Source of the DNA: Octopus sinensis
Taxonomy: Eukaryota
Direction of reading: 5' to 3'
Assembly (NCBI RefSeq): GCF_006345805.1
Contig: NC_042997.1
Location: forward strand, 131,626,001 to 131,690,000
Length of the DNA stretch: 64,000 nucleotides
Of the stretch, positions 1 through 12,678 are shown piece by piece. The number at the start of each line of letters is the position of its first letter. The stretch's first letter is position 1. Under the pieces are notes generated by a model. The model was not told the DNA's origin and searched no databases. It saw only the letters and a program-made list of their open reading frames with translations. The translations under genes were made by a program, and so were the position numbers.

Positions 1-241
1 GAGTGAGCCAAATCCTGTCAGTTCAAGCATAGCGGAGGTACGCCATGAGGTAGCAGCTTGAGAGAGCTGATAAAACACGACTGTCTTGTTCAGCTGCCGG
101 CGTTCGAGAGAACGATACAAGGGAATTTTGCTGCTGCTAGTTTTCTGTGCATGCGCATGAGGGAACTTCTGGCAGGCCTCCCGGAAGACTCCAACTCTGC
201 GCATGCGTGCTGGAGATTTCCAAGATGGCATCACTACACTC

Positions 242-472
242 TTAACTCTTTAGCACTCAGACTACCTTGTCAGATATAATGCTTATTGATTCACATTGTT
301 TTAATTTAATCATCTATTATCTCATAGCTTCAAGATTATGATGATGACGTGATTGTTTGTTTTTAGACTGACATTATAGGGTAACTGTGAGGGGTCAGAT
401 CTAGCTGGGTTGAACAGAAAACAGGTAAAATATTTGGGCTGGATATGGCCAGGTTAAATGCTAAATGGTTAA
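242..472. mobile_element. piggyBac-like MITE family 1 (TTAA-flanked)
   Basis: TTAA-CTCTTTAGCA...TGCTAAATGG-TTAA inverted ends; internal sequence shared with copies at 19025, 37592 and 44029. Confidence 0.8.
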
Positions 473-853
473 GTCAGTGGTAAGTAGTTATTGTGGACCA
501 TTGTTTAAAGTGAGTTCATTTCTTAAGCAAAATAACAAGAATTTCAAAGCAGCAATTCTGACACATTTGTGTCTGTTTATAATCAATAAATAACTTAATT
601 CTCCTTCCTTTTGTTTTGTCTCTCTCCTCTTTTCCTTTCTTTTGTAATTTTTTATGATAGAAATATTCCACAAGACAACTAGCTCAACAGACATTATCTC
701 TTTGATTGTCCCACTAATTGCAGTGCTTCAGTGTTTTCTTTTGGTTTTTAAAATTTCATCTTGAATTTTTAATTAATTTCATGCTTTACGAGAGAATATA
801 ATATAATGCATATATATATATATATGTGTGTGTTTGTGTATATATATATATAT

Positions 854-1183
854 GGCATGGCTCAGTGGTTAGAGCATCGAGCTTATGATCGTGAGGTTGT
901 GAGTTCGAATCCCAACCCGGGCTGCATGTTGTGTTCTTGAGGAAGACGCTGTATTTCACGTTGCTCCAGTTCACTCAGCTGTAGAAATGAGTTGCGACGT
1001 CACAGGTGCCAAGCTGTATTGGCCATTGCCTTTCTCTTGGATAACACTGGTGGCATGGAGAGGGGAGGCCGGTATGCGTGGGCGACTGCTGGTCTTCCAT
1101 AAAACATCCTTGCTCGGACTTCTGCCTGGAAGGGTAACTTTCTAGATGCAATCCTATGGTCAGTCATGACCGAAGGGGGTCTC
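854..1183 (+). mobile_element. tRNA-derived SINE family 2 (possibly Meta/V-type core)
   Basis: A box TGGCTCAGTGG, B box GTTCGAATCC, then GTGTTCTTGAGGAAGACGCTGTATTTCAC core; alignable copies at 5465 and 48518. Confidence 0.85.
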
Positions 1184-1374
1184 AGCATATATATATATTT
1201 TACACCACTTCACACACACACAATCATCATCATCTTCATCATCATTTAACTTCTGTGCTCTATACTGGCATAGGTTTGACAGTTTGACATTGTCCAAGGG
1301 CTGCATTGGTTTTCAGTGTTTATTTGTGAAAGATTCATATGGTTGGATACCCTTCCTAATGTCAGTCATTAGTT

Positions 1375-1612
1375 GCAGGTGTGGTTGTGTGGTAAGAAGC
1401 GTGCTTCCCAGCCACATGGTTCTGGATTCAATTCCTCTTTGCGGTATCTTGGGCAAGTGTTTCCTACTAAATCCTTGGGCCGACCAAAACCTTGTAAGTG
1501 GATTTGGTGGACAGAAACTCAAAGAAACCGATTGTATATGTATCTGTGTGTATTTTCCAGTCTCTGTTTGTGCTCCACCATCACTCGACAATTGGTGTTG
1601 GGGCGTTTATAT
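1375..1612 (+). mobile_element. SINE family 1, diverged partial copy
   Basis: TGGTTGTGTGGTAAGAAG...GGTTCTGGATTCAATTCC...CTTGGGCAAGTGT head shared with full copies. Confidence 0.75.
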
Positions 1613-1959
1613 GTAGGACTACATTATTTAATGTGTCCTTTATTGAAGAAAGAAGTGCTTGATTTGAAGAAGGTTTTGTTGCTATTTCTAGCAGAAAGGT
1701 TCTTTCATTGGCTTGCAAAGTGTTGTGTTAGTTGAAGTTCTACTGTCAATATTTTTCCCAATTTATCCATAACTGTCACTTGCAAGCAAGCATGACCTTG
1801 TTGCATGCACCACATTTTTTACTAGTTGTTTTATGTTTGTGTGGTTATGAGCAGGCAGACCCCTCCTTTCAACCTTCAAGCCCCTGACCCTTCAGTTGTT
1901 ACATCCTTGAACATTAATGATGTAACAGCTAAAAAGAGAGTGTGCTGTAACAGCACTCG

Positions 1960-2105
1960 TCAGGTACTCATTTTTGATTGAGTAGACTGAAGCCACATGA
2001 AATGAAGTACCTTGCTCAAGGATACAATGAAACACCCAGTCAGGGAATCAAATGCATGTTCTGGTGGTTGTGAGTTGAAAACCCTAACCACCTGACCATG
2101 TGCGA
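1960..2105 (-). mobile_element. old tRNA-derived SINE fragment (related copies ~27330-27590 and ~50650-50890)
   Basis: Reverse strand reads TGGTCAGGTGGTTAGGG...CCTTGAGCAAGGTACTTCATTTCA...AATGAGTACC. Confidence 0.6.
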
Positions 2106-3310
2106 TCAGAATACAAATGATGCAGTTTGTATAAATGAAATAGTTTCTTATGAAAAAGTGGAGAGGCCTAACATGTTGGTTATAAGACCCTTTATCACAA
2201 AACATCTGATTTAGTCTTCTTCATAGCAAACTAATTTCTTCTACTTTTTAAGCTGTTTGTCTCTAGGTAAGCCATCACTAACACCCTTGGAATCAACTGT
2301 GTCACTTTAATACAGATTATACTAGCGTTTTTATATTTTCTGTTCAACATTCTGCTAAAGTGGTTTGATCATTTATTGTTTTTTTTAATCTCACTAACAG
2401 ACAATGATGACATACAGAGACAAAGAATGTGTCTTGAAGCACCATTATTTTGTTCTTCTTTTTGGGTTTTTTTTTCTTATCTGTTTAAGAAATCTGACAA
2501 AAACTGGTTTACTACGGTTTATATTGCTTTTTGCTTCATCTCTTTCTTTTTCGTCTTGGTCAATAAAATATTTAATCAAATACTTTTCTAATCCCTCAGC
2601 TTAACTTTACTCACAGACTGTAAATGAAAAATTGTCTGTACACAAATTAAATTTTTTTTTTAGCTAGATCAAGATTGATGAATTTATTAAACAATCTGGA
2701 ATTTTCTTTTCTGCAATTTTTTTTTTTTTTTTTTTTTTGTATGTGTTAGTTATTTTCCTCTGTTTGCTCAAGATTAGTTAAATAATGGAGTAAATTTTAA
2801 AATAAATCTTTGAAGTAGTTTTTATGAATAATGCCATAGAAATTGCTTTGATCTCTGTTATAGAAGCAATATTACTAGGATACATTCAAGTAGAGGTTTG
2901 CTAAAGTCTAGAACAGCTATAAATATACTCTAGGCCTACACTTCCCTGATCTTTTTGGCTGATTTACCCTTTTGATACCAAGACTGCTCTTCATCCTATG
3001 CTACAAAATTCTGTTTAAAAGTTTTCTAGATTTTAAAACCAACCATCAAAATTTCATGTTAATTTATGTTCCAAACACCAATAAACAGTTATTTCACTAA
3101 ATTATTATTTTCCCAAATTAGTTGAAACAAAAGTTGTGTGTTTCAACAAATGTGAAACATTTAAAACATTCGAAGAATATATAGTCAAGATCAGCATACA
3201 GAAGCATATTTACTATGATTTTAACCATTCCATAAATTTCTGATGAATTTGTTCCATTCTTTGAATGCATTTCGTCTGGCATACTACTGATTCTGCCAGC
3301 TTGCTACCTT

Positions 3311-3784
3311 AAATAATAATAATAAATAATAAATGTTCTGATGCAGTACCATGCAGTGGCACATGCATCCCAACCGTGTGTGTGACATGGTGATCTCATA
3401 TCAAGATAAACAGCACATGACCTTGCAGGTGGGGCCCAGTTAGAATTTTCTTTTTGTTGAGTAACCCATCCCGCTCAAAAGGTTTCTGAATAAGGGTTGT
3501 TTAAGGATGTTGAACAAAGCACCCATGTTTCCAGAGGTGAATTATTCAAAACCCAAAGAATCCCTCTCAACACATGGGTATGATGCTCCCCCACTACTTC
3601 TGCTCGTGATCAGAGATGCACATATCATCAGCCACTAAGGGACATGCTCAACTGGTTACGGTCAAACAAGTGACAAGCAAATTTGTGGTATTGAGCAGAA
3701 TATTTGCTGTAGCCCATCTTTTATTATTACCAAGACAAAACAATGTACATGATGACACTTCCAATTAGTTAAGATCAGAAGCCA
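3311..3784 (-). mobile_element. non-LTR-derived repeat family 5, copy with internal inversion
   Basis: Aligns to the 47020-47640 copy, but the terminal ~45 bp and the body lie in opposite orientations. Confidence 0.75.
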
Positions 3785-4912
3785 CATGCATATTTCATGG
3801 ACTTCTTTCAGTTTCAGTCTACCAAATTCCACTTTCAAGGCTTTGGTTGGCCTAAGGCTATAGTGGAAGACACTTGCCCAAGGTGTCACTCAGTGGGACT
3901 GAGCCCAGAACCATGTGGTTGGGAAGCAAACTTCTTACCACTCAGCCATGCCTTACCTAAAGAATGAAAAGTTTTATTTACATCTCTTAAAATACCGGAA
4001 CAGCTTTTGGTATGTTGTGAAATAAAGGTTTACTTTGCATCACACATGCACATGTGTATGTATACACATGCATATGTGTATCATTCATCATTGTATATCT
4101 GCAGAAAACCAGTCCCTTGTGATATTCACTCTGCATTGTTACAAACAGCTTCTTTTCACTCAATATCAGAAATGCGGTGAATCAGTGAATGTCCTGTCGC
4201 ATACTTCCAATCAATGCCGCTATTGTTCACCAATTGCAAAATAAAATAAAATAAAATATATAAATATCATCAGGTCTTTTATTTTTCTGAGACTATTAGA
4301 ATAGAACTTTTAGAGATTATTGTAATTCTATTGTTAATACTATTGTTCATATAATGTGGCTTTAGTCAGAGTTTTCTATCTTCCCAATTCAAAGTTAATT
4401 TGCCATAGTAGGCCATATTCAAATTGACAATACTTTGTGTGTCAAGATTTGGTTGTCTTTAATATGTGTCTGGAAATATGTGGAAATATGTAATTTGAAT
4501 ACACCAGATGTTGGATTGCATTAGATTTGAAAGTACTATTTGTCAGATTTTATTTAACTTGAATGGACTACTTACCAACCAATGTGTAATTTGAACAGAA
4601 AATGTGCTTAACTATATATAAATTTAAAGGTCAACTTCCAAATAAATTGATGTCCAATGTGTCTAGGCTATACCACAAACAGATTTCTTTAAAATTCATG
4701 ATTTACATATTCATCCTGACAATTTCAATTTGTAAAAAAATATTTTAGATCATATATGTAAAAACAAACCAACGCCGGTTGCCAAGGCAGGGGTAGTGTT
4801 TGTGGTAGAGCAAAACCAAAAACAAAACACACATACTTACATATACATATATGTATGTATGTATATATATATAACACAGATACATACTGCACATATATGA
4901 TGGGCAGACAAA

Positions 4913-4951
<39 letters not shown>

Positions 4952-5464
4952 AAAAAATATATATAAAAATACAAAATGGGACAAGAACGTAAAACATTCA
5001 AATAGACGATAGAAAACGGATGGGTCAAGAACCGGATCATCCTCGCAATTTCAGCTGATTAATCTTGAAATTGTTCTGATCTGGCCAGCCCCAAGGAAAA
5101 ACTAAGCTATGAGCATTAGATTTCTTGGAAAAAGGATTGAATTTATACGAAACAAGAACAGAAAAATGAACGATGTTACACGAAAATAAATACAAAAAAC
5201 AAAAAGTAATACGAATATAAATACAAAAAACAATAATAATAATAAAAATAACAGGACGAAAACAACAGGTGTCTTTCGACTTTAGACAATTTAAATTAGC
5301 TGGCGTGTGAGAAAAATAATGCCTTACGGCAGACAAAGAAATCGATGTTGTTCTGGCGCTGGTCAGAAGCTGAAAGGCTGTAGTTGACTGGCAGTCACGT
5401 GAGAAGAGAAGAGAGAAAAAAAGGGGCAAGGAATAAATATATATATATATATATATATATGCAT

Positions 5465-5792
5465 GAAGGTGCATGGCTCAGTGGTTAGAGCTTATGATTC
5501 TGAGGTTATGAGTTTGATTTCCAGACTGGGCTGTGTATTGTGTTCTCAAACAAGATACTTTATTTCACATTGCTCCACTTCACTCAGCTGTAAAATTGAG
5601 TTGCAATGTCATTGGTACCAAGCTGTTTCGGTCTTTGCCTTATCCTATGAGTAACATTGGTGGCATGGAGAGGGAAAGCTAGTGTGCATGGGTGACTGCT
5701 GGTCTTCCATAAACAACCTTGTCTGGACTTGTGCCTCAGAGGGGAACTTTCTAGGTGCAATACAGTGGTCATTTGTGACTGAAGGGGATCTT
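5465..5792 (+). mobile_element. SINE family 2
   Basis: Collinear with 854-1183. Confidence 0.85.
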
Positions 5793-6880
5793 TGTTTTAT
5801 ATATACGCACACATATACACACACATATGTGATGGACTTCTGCACAGTTGTTGCCTACCAAATTCACATGCAAGATATTGGTCAGCCCAGAGCTATAGTA
5901 GATGACGCTCAAGGTGCCATGCAATGGGGTTGAACCCAAAATTGCATGTATATATCAGTAGCCATTTTTTTTTCTGTGTTATAGACTGTTTGATTATTTG
6001 CACCTGATGAGTTTTTCTTCAAGAATTTTTGCGAAGATCAGCAGTTGCTTATGCAGGCACATTTTCTCTCTCTCCTTGTCACTTTTGTTGTTCAAGGGCA
6101 ATAAAGTTGGACATCAGGGTCCAGTCAGAGCAGCTATTGTAAAACATTCTCTCCACTGCTCTGACAATTTCCCCAATTCTCCGATGTTTTATCCTGAAAA
6201 GCAAAGTTGAGACCTCAGCAGAAATTGAACTCGGAATGCAGATTCAGAACAGCTACTTCTAGGCATATGTCCTGGTCTTTGAAATAAGGGAAGCTCAAAT
6301 ATCTATTTTATAAACTGTGCCTCTCTCATACATTCATTAAAAACCATGCGGTTGAAAAGCAGACTTCTTAACTACACAGGCATGCCCACACTTATATTAA
6401 ACGAAGTTAATGTAATTATCATAAAATGACTGCGCATTATATTTATATCTGCCTACATCTTTCTCTCCCTCTTAACTCTCCTTCTTCCATAGCTAAATGA
6501 AACATGGTCTAAATACTTCTTTACTTATGGGACACCATGCATTGCACAAGAATGACAAAATAGGTAGAAATAATGTAGATTGTTTTAGTTACCCCACCCT
6601 GAATATAAACTCAGTAGAAACAGCTGCATTAGTTTCTCCCCATTGTTTCCTATGCACAATGAATGGAGAAATAATCACAATCTATATATGTACTTTCAAA
6701 GTTAATAAAAATACAACTATTAGCTTCAGCTTCATCCTTTTAGTCAAAGATAAATGCTTGGGTGCATGAAAAACTGTGTTCTTTTATTGGTTTTTGTCAT
6801 TGGACTGTGCCTCTTCTGAGGCAATGCTTTGAAGTGTTTTAGTCACTCAAAGAAACCACAGTACTTAATCTGATTCATTA

Positions 6881-7378
6881 TACCATAAATCCTTGAGTAT
6901 GGTCTGCTCTTGAGTATAATACACAGAATTTTTAGGGGGCTGTACCTCTGAAAAACCTAAACCTCGTGTATAATATGCACCCCTTCTCTAACTTGTGTCA
7001 AGGAGGTCTATATAATATCCTTGGTTTGTAAAAATGTATACGGTAACATCCTTTATTATTATTGTATATATAACATAATGCAAACGTGTACACTTTTTGT
7101 GCATTTTCTTTGCAGAAAATAAAGAAATAACAGTAATAACGTTTAATAAATGTTGCTTATTGCAAGTTATGGATGATTCTTCTATGACTTCATTGCTTTC
7201 AGGCTTAGCTTAAGGTATTTTCGTGCCCGACATCACAAAATGTGTCTGAATAAACATTGCCGGACAGCAAAGAGAGACTCGGACATTGCTTAGAAAATAT
7301 TTTTCATTTTTAACCTTGTATATAGTATGCACTAGGGATGGGGAAAAAAATGCAGATTATACTCGAGGATTTACGGTA
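6881..7378. mobile_element. pogo/Tc2-like MITE
   Basis: TACCATAAATCCTTGAGTAT (6881) and ATACTCGAGGATTTACGGTA (ending 7378) are inverted repeats with TA ends and a CC(G/A)TA terminus. Confidence 0.75.
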
Positions 7379-8190
7379 GATCTCCGATTACTAAATGGTA
7401 TCTTTTATATGTATTATCTGTTACTTATTTTAGTCATTTGACTGTAGCCATGCTTGGGTATTGCCTCAAGGGGTTTTAGTTGAACAAATTGACCTCAGTA
7501 CTTTTTTTTTTAACCCTGATACTTATTCTATCAGTCTCTTTTGCTTAACTGCTATCCAGCCAATTTGAACACAAAACAAGTCAGATATTAGGGCTGGATG
7601 TGACCAGTTTAAATACTAAAGGATTAATGTCACAAAATAGAAAAAAAAAAGGTAGGTTTTTCATGGCATGCTTTTGATTATAAGTCTGCATGATCAGAGC
7701 TGACCTGGGGTTAAACAATAACAGCAATAATAATTACATTTACTAGAATATTTAAATCCCAAAACCCTAGATATAATAGTTGTGACTATTAGTTTGTTTA
7801 AACCCACTCCAGTAGCTAACAAGCAAATCCTACCATTTGTAAACAGCTCTTAAGCTTCTGAATAACTCATCATAAAATCAGTCAAGGAGTACTTGAGATG
7901 TTCGTGAATTAAGTAATTGTAGTCTATGTTCTGGTTAAGCAAATATTAGATGATATAATATAATCTTTTACTTGCTTCAGTCATTAGATTGTGGCCATGC
8001 TGGGGCACCACCTTGAAGAATTTTTGATTGAATGATTCAACCTCAGTACTTTTTCTTAAAGCTGGTTGCTTATTGTATTGATGTCTTTTGCCTAACTGCT
8101 ATGTTACGCGGATGTAAACACACCATCACCAATTGTCAAGGGGTGGTGAGAGACAGAGACTGTCACACACAACAGACTTCTTTCGGATTC

Positions 8191-8606
8191 TTATTTCTTT
8201 ACTGCCCACAAGGGGCTACACACAGAGGGGACAAACAAGGACAGACAAATGGATTAAGTCGATTATATCGACCCCAGTGTGTAACAGGTACTTATTTAAT
8301 TGACCCCGAAAGAATGAAAGACAAAGTTGACCTCAGCCAAATTTGAACTCAGAACGTAAAGACAGACAAAATACCTATTTCTTTACTATCCACAAGGGGC
8401 TAAACACAGAGGGGACAAACAAGGACAGACGAATAGAGTAAGTTGATTACATTGACTCCAGTGCATAACTGGTGCTTAATTTATCGACCCCGAAAGGATG
8501 AAAGGCAAAGTCGACCTTGGCGGAATTTGAACTCAGAACATAAAGGCAGACGAAATGTGGCTACGCATTTTGCCTGGCATGCTAATGTTTCTGCCAGCTC
8601 GCCACC
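8191..8606 (-). mobile_element. SINE family 4, dimeric body
   Basis: Head GGTGGCGAGCTGGCAGAAAC, B box GAGTTCAAATT; ~185-bp 3' unit present twice. Confidence 0.85.
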
Positions 8607-8906
8607 TTTCAGTTTCTGTCTACCAAGTCCACTTAACAGGTTTTGTTTAGCCCAAGGCTATACTAGAAAACACTTGCCCAAGGTGCCATGCAGTAAGACT
8701 GAACCTAGAACCATGTGGTTGAGAAGTAAGCTTTTTACCAACCAACCATGCCTGAGGCATCTTGAGGCATTGATGTAAAATGGAGTTCATCGGTCCTGTA
8801 CTTAACTGGTACTTTATTTTATCGATGAAAAAATGATAATAATAATAAGGCCCACTGCATGGCATCTTGGGTATCTTCTATTACAGCCTTTGATAGATCA
8901 ATACCT

Positions 8907-9341
8907 TACTCTACTCTGTACTCTTTTACTTGTTTCAGTCATTTGACTGTGGCCATGCTGGAGCACCGCCTTTAGTGGAGCAAATCGACCCCAGGACTTA
9001 TTCTTTGTAAGCCTAGTACTTATTCTATCGGTCTCTTTTGCTGAACTGCTAAGTTACAGAGACGTAAACACACCAGCATCGGTTGTCAAGCGATCTTGTG
9101 GAGACAAACACAGACACACAAACATATACACACACACACAAACATATACACACACACACACACATATACACATATATATGACGGGCTTCTTTCAGTTTCC
9201 ACCTACCAAATACACTCACAAGGCTTTGGTCGGCCCAAGTCTATAGTAGAAGACACTTGCCCAAAGTGCCACGCAGTGGGACTGAACCCAGAACCATGTG
9301 GTTCATAAGCAAGCTACTTACCACACAGCCACTCCTACACC
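8907..9341 (-). mobile_element. SINE family 1, full length
   Basis: tRNA-like head, CCTTGGGCAAGTGTC, internal (TG/TA)n, tail GGCGGTGCTCCAGCATGGCCACAGTCAAATGACTGAAAC with (GAGTA)n-type end. Confidence 0.9.
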
Positions 9342-9660
9342 TGAAAGGATCTTGTTGATGGAAACTACAGAAGCTCATGTATGTGTAGGTATGTTTGTGC
9401 AAGTGTTGACATTCCCCAGTTTTGCTTGCCACCATTTGAGCAAAATAGTGATGTGATGGTTATATTTTTTTATGGACATTACAAATAGTCCTTCTATGTT
9501 GTTGAAGTTCAGTGAAATAAAAAGTCCCATAGATGATTTTTTTTTTATCTTGCTATCATCTTTGACTTGCAAGACTCCCACCTCTGTTGTCCCTTAAAAA
9601 GCTGGTCCTCTATTTCTTCCAAGGGCCATCGACTCTCTGGAACTCCCTTTCTTCTTACAT

Positions 9661-10022
9661 TATTACCTCCGCCTTAGCGAAGGTGGAGGTATTGTTTTCA
9701 ATCGCGTTTCTTTGTCCATGGACAAGATATCTCATGAACCGCTGAATGGATTTGGATGAAACTTTCAGGAATGTTTGGCCTTGTGACTGGCATGAACTGA
9801 TTAGGTTCTGGGATCAATCTGGTACCGGACAAAGATTCTGGTTTTTTTTTTTGTTTTTTTTTACTTAATTTTTGAGTGTGATCAGGTTCATTTTTAGTGT
9901 TCTTGTTTGTGAGAGGAGTCAAGTTTATTTCAGATATTCTCACTTTAAAAATCATCCCTGGCTAATTGTGAGGGTATTGGTGTTGCCTTTGTGTTGGTTT
10001 GTGCTCTCTGAGTGCTCTTGTT
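9661..10022 (+). mobile_element. Helentron-associated / DINE-1-like non-autonomous element
   Basis: 5' TTATTACCTCCGCCTT-AGCG-AAGGTGGAGGTA hairpin, GGATTTGGATGAAACTTT core, 3' GGTTTGTGCTCTCTGAGTGCTCTTGTT end; matches the recalled HINE/DINE architecture. Confidence 0.7.
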
Positions 10023-10379
10023 GCTATAGGTATCAACCCACAGGTGTTGAAAGTGTACACCAATTGCCTTAGTCTCTTTTGCCTGGCAGAAATCATTGTC
10101 ATTCCTTATAAAAAGAAAAACAATAAATAAATTCATTCAGTATTGCATTTGAGTGTGTTTTCCTGAGCTACCTGAGAAACACCCCCAAATGCAATACCCT
10201 ATTTTAATAATAAACAAACAAAAATTAATTTAGGATCAATTTTCTCACTTAGCACAAACTTTGTACTGAGCTGCAAACACCCATAATCTTTGAAGAAAAT
10301 GTTTCATTTTCTTTTGTGTGGAAGCATCAGTATTATTTGTCTATGAAGCGTCAAATATCTTTGTTATACATTTTCATTT

Positions 10380-10731
10380 GTAGACATTTTCTCTCTACTG
10401 TTCTCATTATATATCTTTCTCTCTTTTTCCTCTGTTTCTTTCTTCCCTTCTTTCTCCTTTTCGCATCTCTTTACCTCTCTCATAGCAGTTCTCTTTCTTC
10501 ACTTTCTTTTTGTTTATTTACATTATTGTTTTTTCCCCTGCCATCTCTCCAACTCCACTATTTTGTTTCCTTCATTCTCTTTCTCTTTTTCCCCATCATC
10601 TTTCCTTACAATTCCTTCCTTGTCTTTTATTATCTTTACCTCTTTGTCACACATTATCACTCACACACACACACACACACACATACAACCTTCTCTTTCT
10701 CTTTTTAATTTAGCTTCTTTTTGTTCCTCTT

Positions 10732-10770
<39 letters not shown>

Positions 10771-11030
10771 TTCATTCTCTCGCACCACCACTCAACTCTT
10801 TCAAACTCTATCTATTTTGTCTTTATTCTCTGACCCTCTACTTCGTTTCATTATCTCTTCCTTTAATTCCCAGCTCCTTATCAACTTATCACCATTGTCT
10901 TATATCTTTCACCATCTTCTAACATCTTTGTTCATTGTCTCAATTTCTAATTTTATTTTTCCATCCCCCACACCCCTCTTTCTATTGCCTTTCATCTCTT
11001 TATTTCTAAATCTCTCTTCAGTTTCAATCT
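10380..11030. repeat. CT-rich low complexity with (CA)n and (CT)n
   Basis: Direct inspection; accounts for the overlapping F/L/S-rich ORFs. Confidence 0.9.
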
Positions 11031-11350
11031 AGTGACTCTGCAAAAATTCAATTCCTAAATTGACAAAAACTCTCCAGTAATGATTTCTAACAATAGAACC
11101 CAATAATGAGACTATTCTGACAAGCAGACAGACACAAGAGGTTGAGGACATGACTTCTTTAGTGCTGGTACCACAAAAAATAAAACAGAAAAATAAAGAA
11201 GAAATTTAAATGCACCCAAAACTCTTTGTAAAATATTTAAGAGGACATTTTAGTCTTGTTAAAGACATGGCACTGCCTTACTATTGGTGCCATGAAAAAA
11301 CCCATTACTCTCTGTAAAGTGGTTGGTGTTGAGAAGGTAATCTTACCAAA

Positions 11351-11736
11351 GGCGTAGGAGTTGCTGTGTGGTAAGTAGCTTCCTTACGAACCACATGGTT
11401 CCGGGTTCAGCTCCACTGCATGGCACCTTGGGCAAGTGTCTTCTGCTATAGCCTCAGGTCAACCAAAGCCTTGTGAGTGGATTTGGTAGACGGAAACTGA
11501 AAGAAGACCATCATATATATGTATATATTTGTGTGTCTGTGTTTGTCCCCACAAGATCGCTTGACAACCGATGCTGGTGTGTTTACGTTCCCGTAACTTA
11601 GCAGTTTGGCAAAAGAGAATGATAGAATAAGTACTAGGCTTACAAAGAATAAGTCCTGGGGTCGATTTGCTCCACTAAAGGCGGTGCTCCAGCATGGCCA
11701 TAGTCAAATGACTGAAACAAGTAAAAGATGTAAAAG
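11351..11736 (+). mobile_element. SINE family 1, full length
   Basis: Starts GGCGTAGGAG, ends GACTGAAACAAGTAAAAG. Confidence 0.9.
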
Positions 11737-12149
11737 GAACCAAGCCAAAAATGAAATTCTTAAATTAGATGTCATCCTCTAATTCATCTGGCCTCTGTCC
11801 CATGACTGAAACCAGTAAAAGTATGAAGTAAATGAAAGTTAGTCTTGTAAATAATTGGTAATCTGTGTACCATTCCATCTACTTATTCTGAGCATGGTTT
11901 CGTTCTATGAATGTAAGCTTCCTTCTCAATCTTTACACACACAAAAGCACATTCACACGCACTCACTCACTTTCCGTCCATGCTCCCTCTTTTAATACTC
12001 CTTATACATTATTTGTCTCTTCAGTTAAATTGTGTGGAAACAGATAGCAAATTCATTAGAGAGTTAGACAATAATGCCTTGTGGTAGGCATCTGATTATC
12101 TCCCTTCACTTTGTGTCCAAACCCTGTCCTGGTTGATATTGTCTTTAAT

Positions 12150-12475
12150 CCTTCTGAGATCAAAGAAATAAATCTTGATTATGCAGTGGCTTTAGTTTAA
12201 TGAAATTTACCCTTACTAGTGCCCCAGTATGGGACACTAGCAAGAGTGAGAAGAAGGTGGGAAAAGTTAAGGGAGTTTTTACTTTGGTTGATACCAAAGG
12301 GATTCTCTTTCCAAATGAAGTATAGGTCATATGATGTTTGTGTGTAATGCTTACGCAAAAAATGGATAATAGATGTAGAGAATTTGTGAAACTGGAAAGA
12401 ATGAAGTATGTACCACTGGATGTGTAATGTTGGTGTTCATGAGTAATGGAGCACAAATAAGCTGGGGAAAAGAAT
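12150..12475 (+). pseudogene. RTE-clade LINE ORF2 relic (C-terminal to RT)
   Basis: Translates, with stops and frameshifts, ARVRRRWEKLREFLLWLIPKGFSFQMKYRSYD...HWMCNVGVHE*WSTNKL, resembling the RTE motifs RxGWxKFRELLPxL...LRWMCNV. Confidence 0.7.
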
Positions 12476-12633
12476 GCTGTAGTGACGCCTGGTTCCAGAT
12501 GACATTTTGGAATTTTCATCCATGCATGCTCAGGGATTAGAGCCTTCCAGAAGCCCCTTATGTGCACACGCAGTCATCAGCAGCACCTAGGCTTGACTGC
12601 TATTCTCTCTCTTTGGCCCCGGCTTCTGACCAG

Positions 12634-12678
12634 ACAGGATGCAGTTTAGACCAGCTCCGTGGAGCTGGAATTCTGATG
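12634..12678 (+). CDS. candidate 45-nt cassette exon (TGCSLDQLRGAGILM or RMQFRPAPWSWNSD)
   Basis: CTCTCTCTTTGGCCCCGGCTTCTGACCAG acceptor, ATG|GTGAGC donor, two open frames; but it lies between two RTE relic pieces. Confidence 0.3.
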
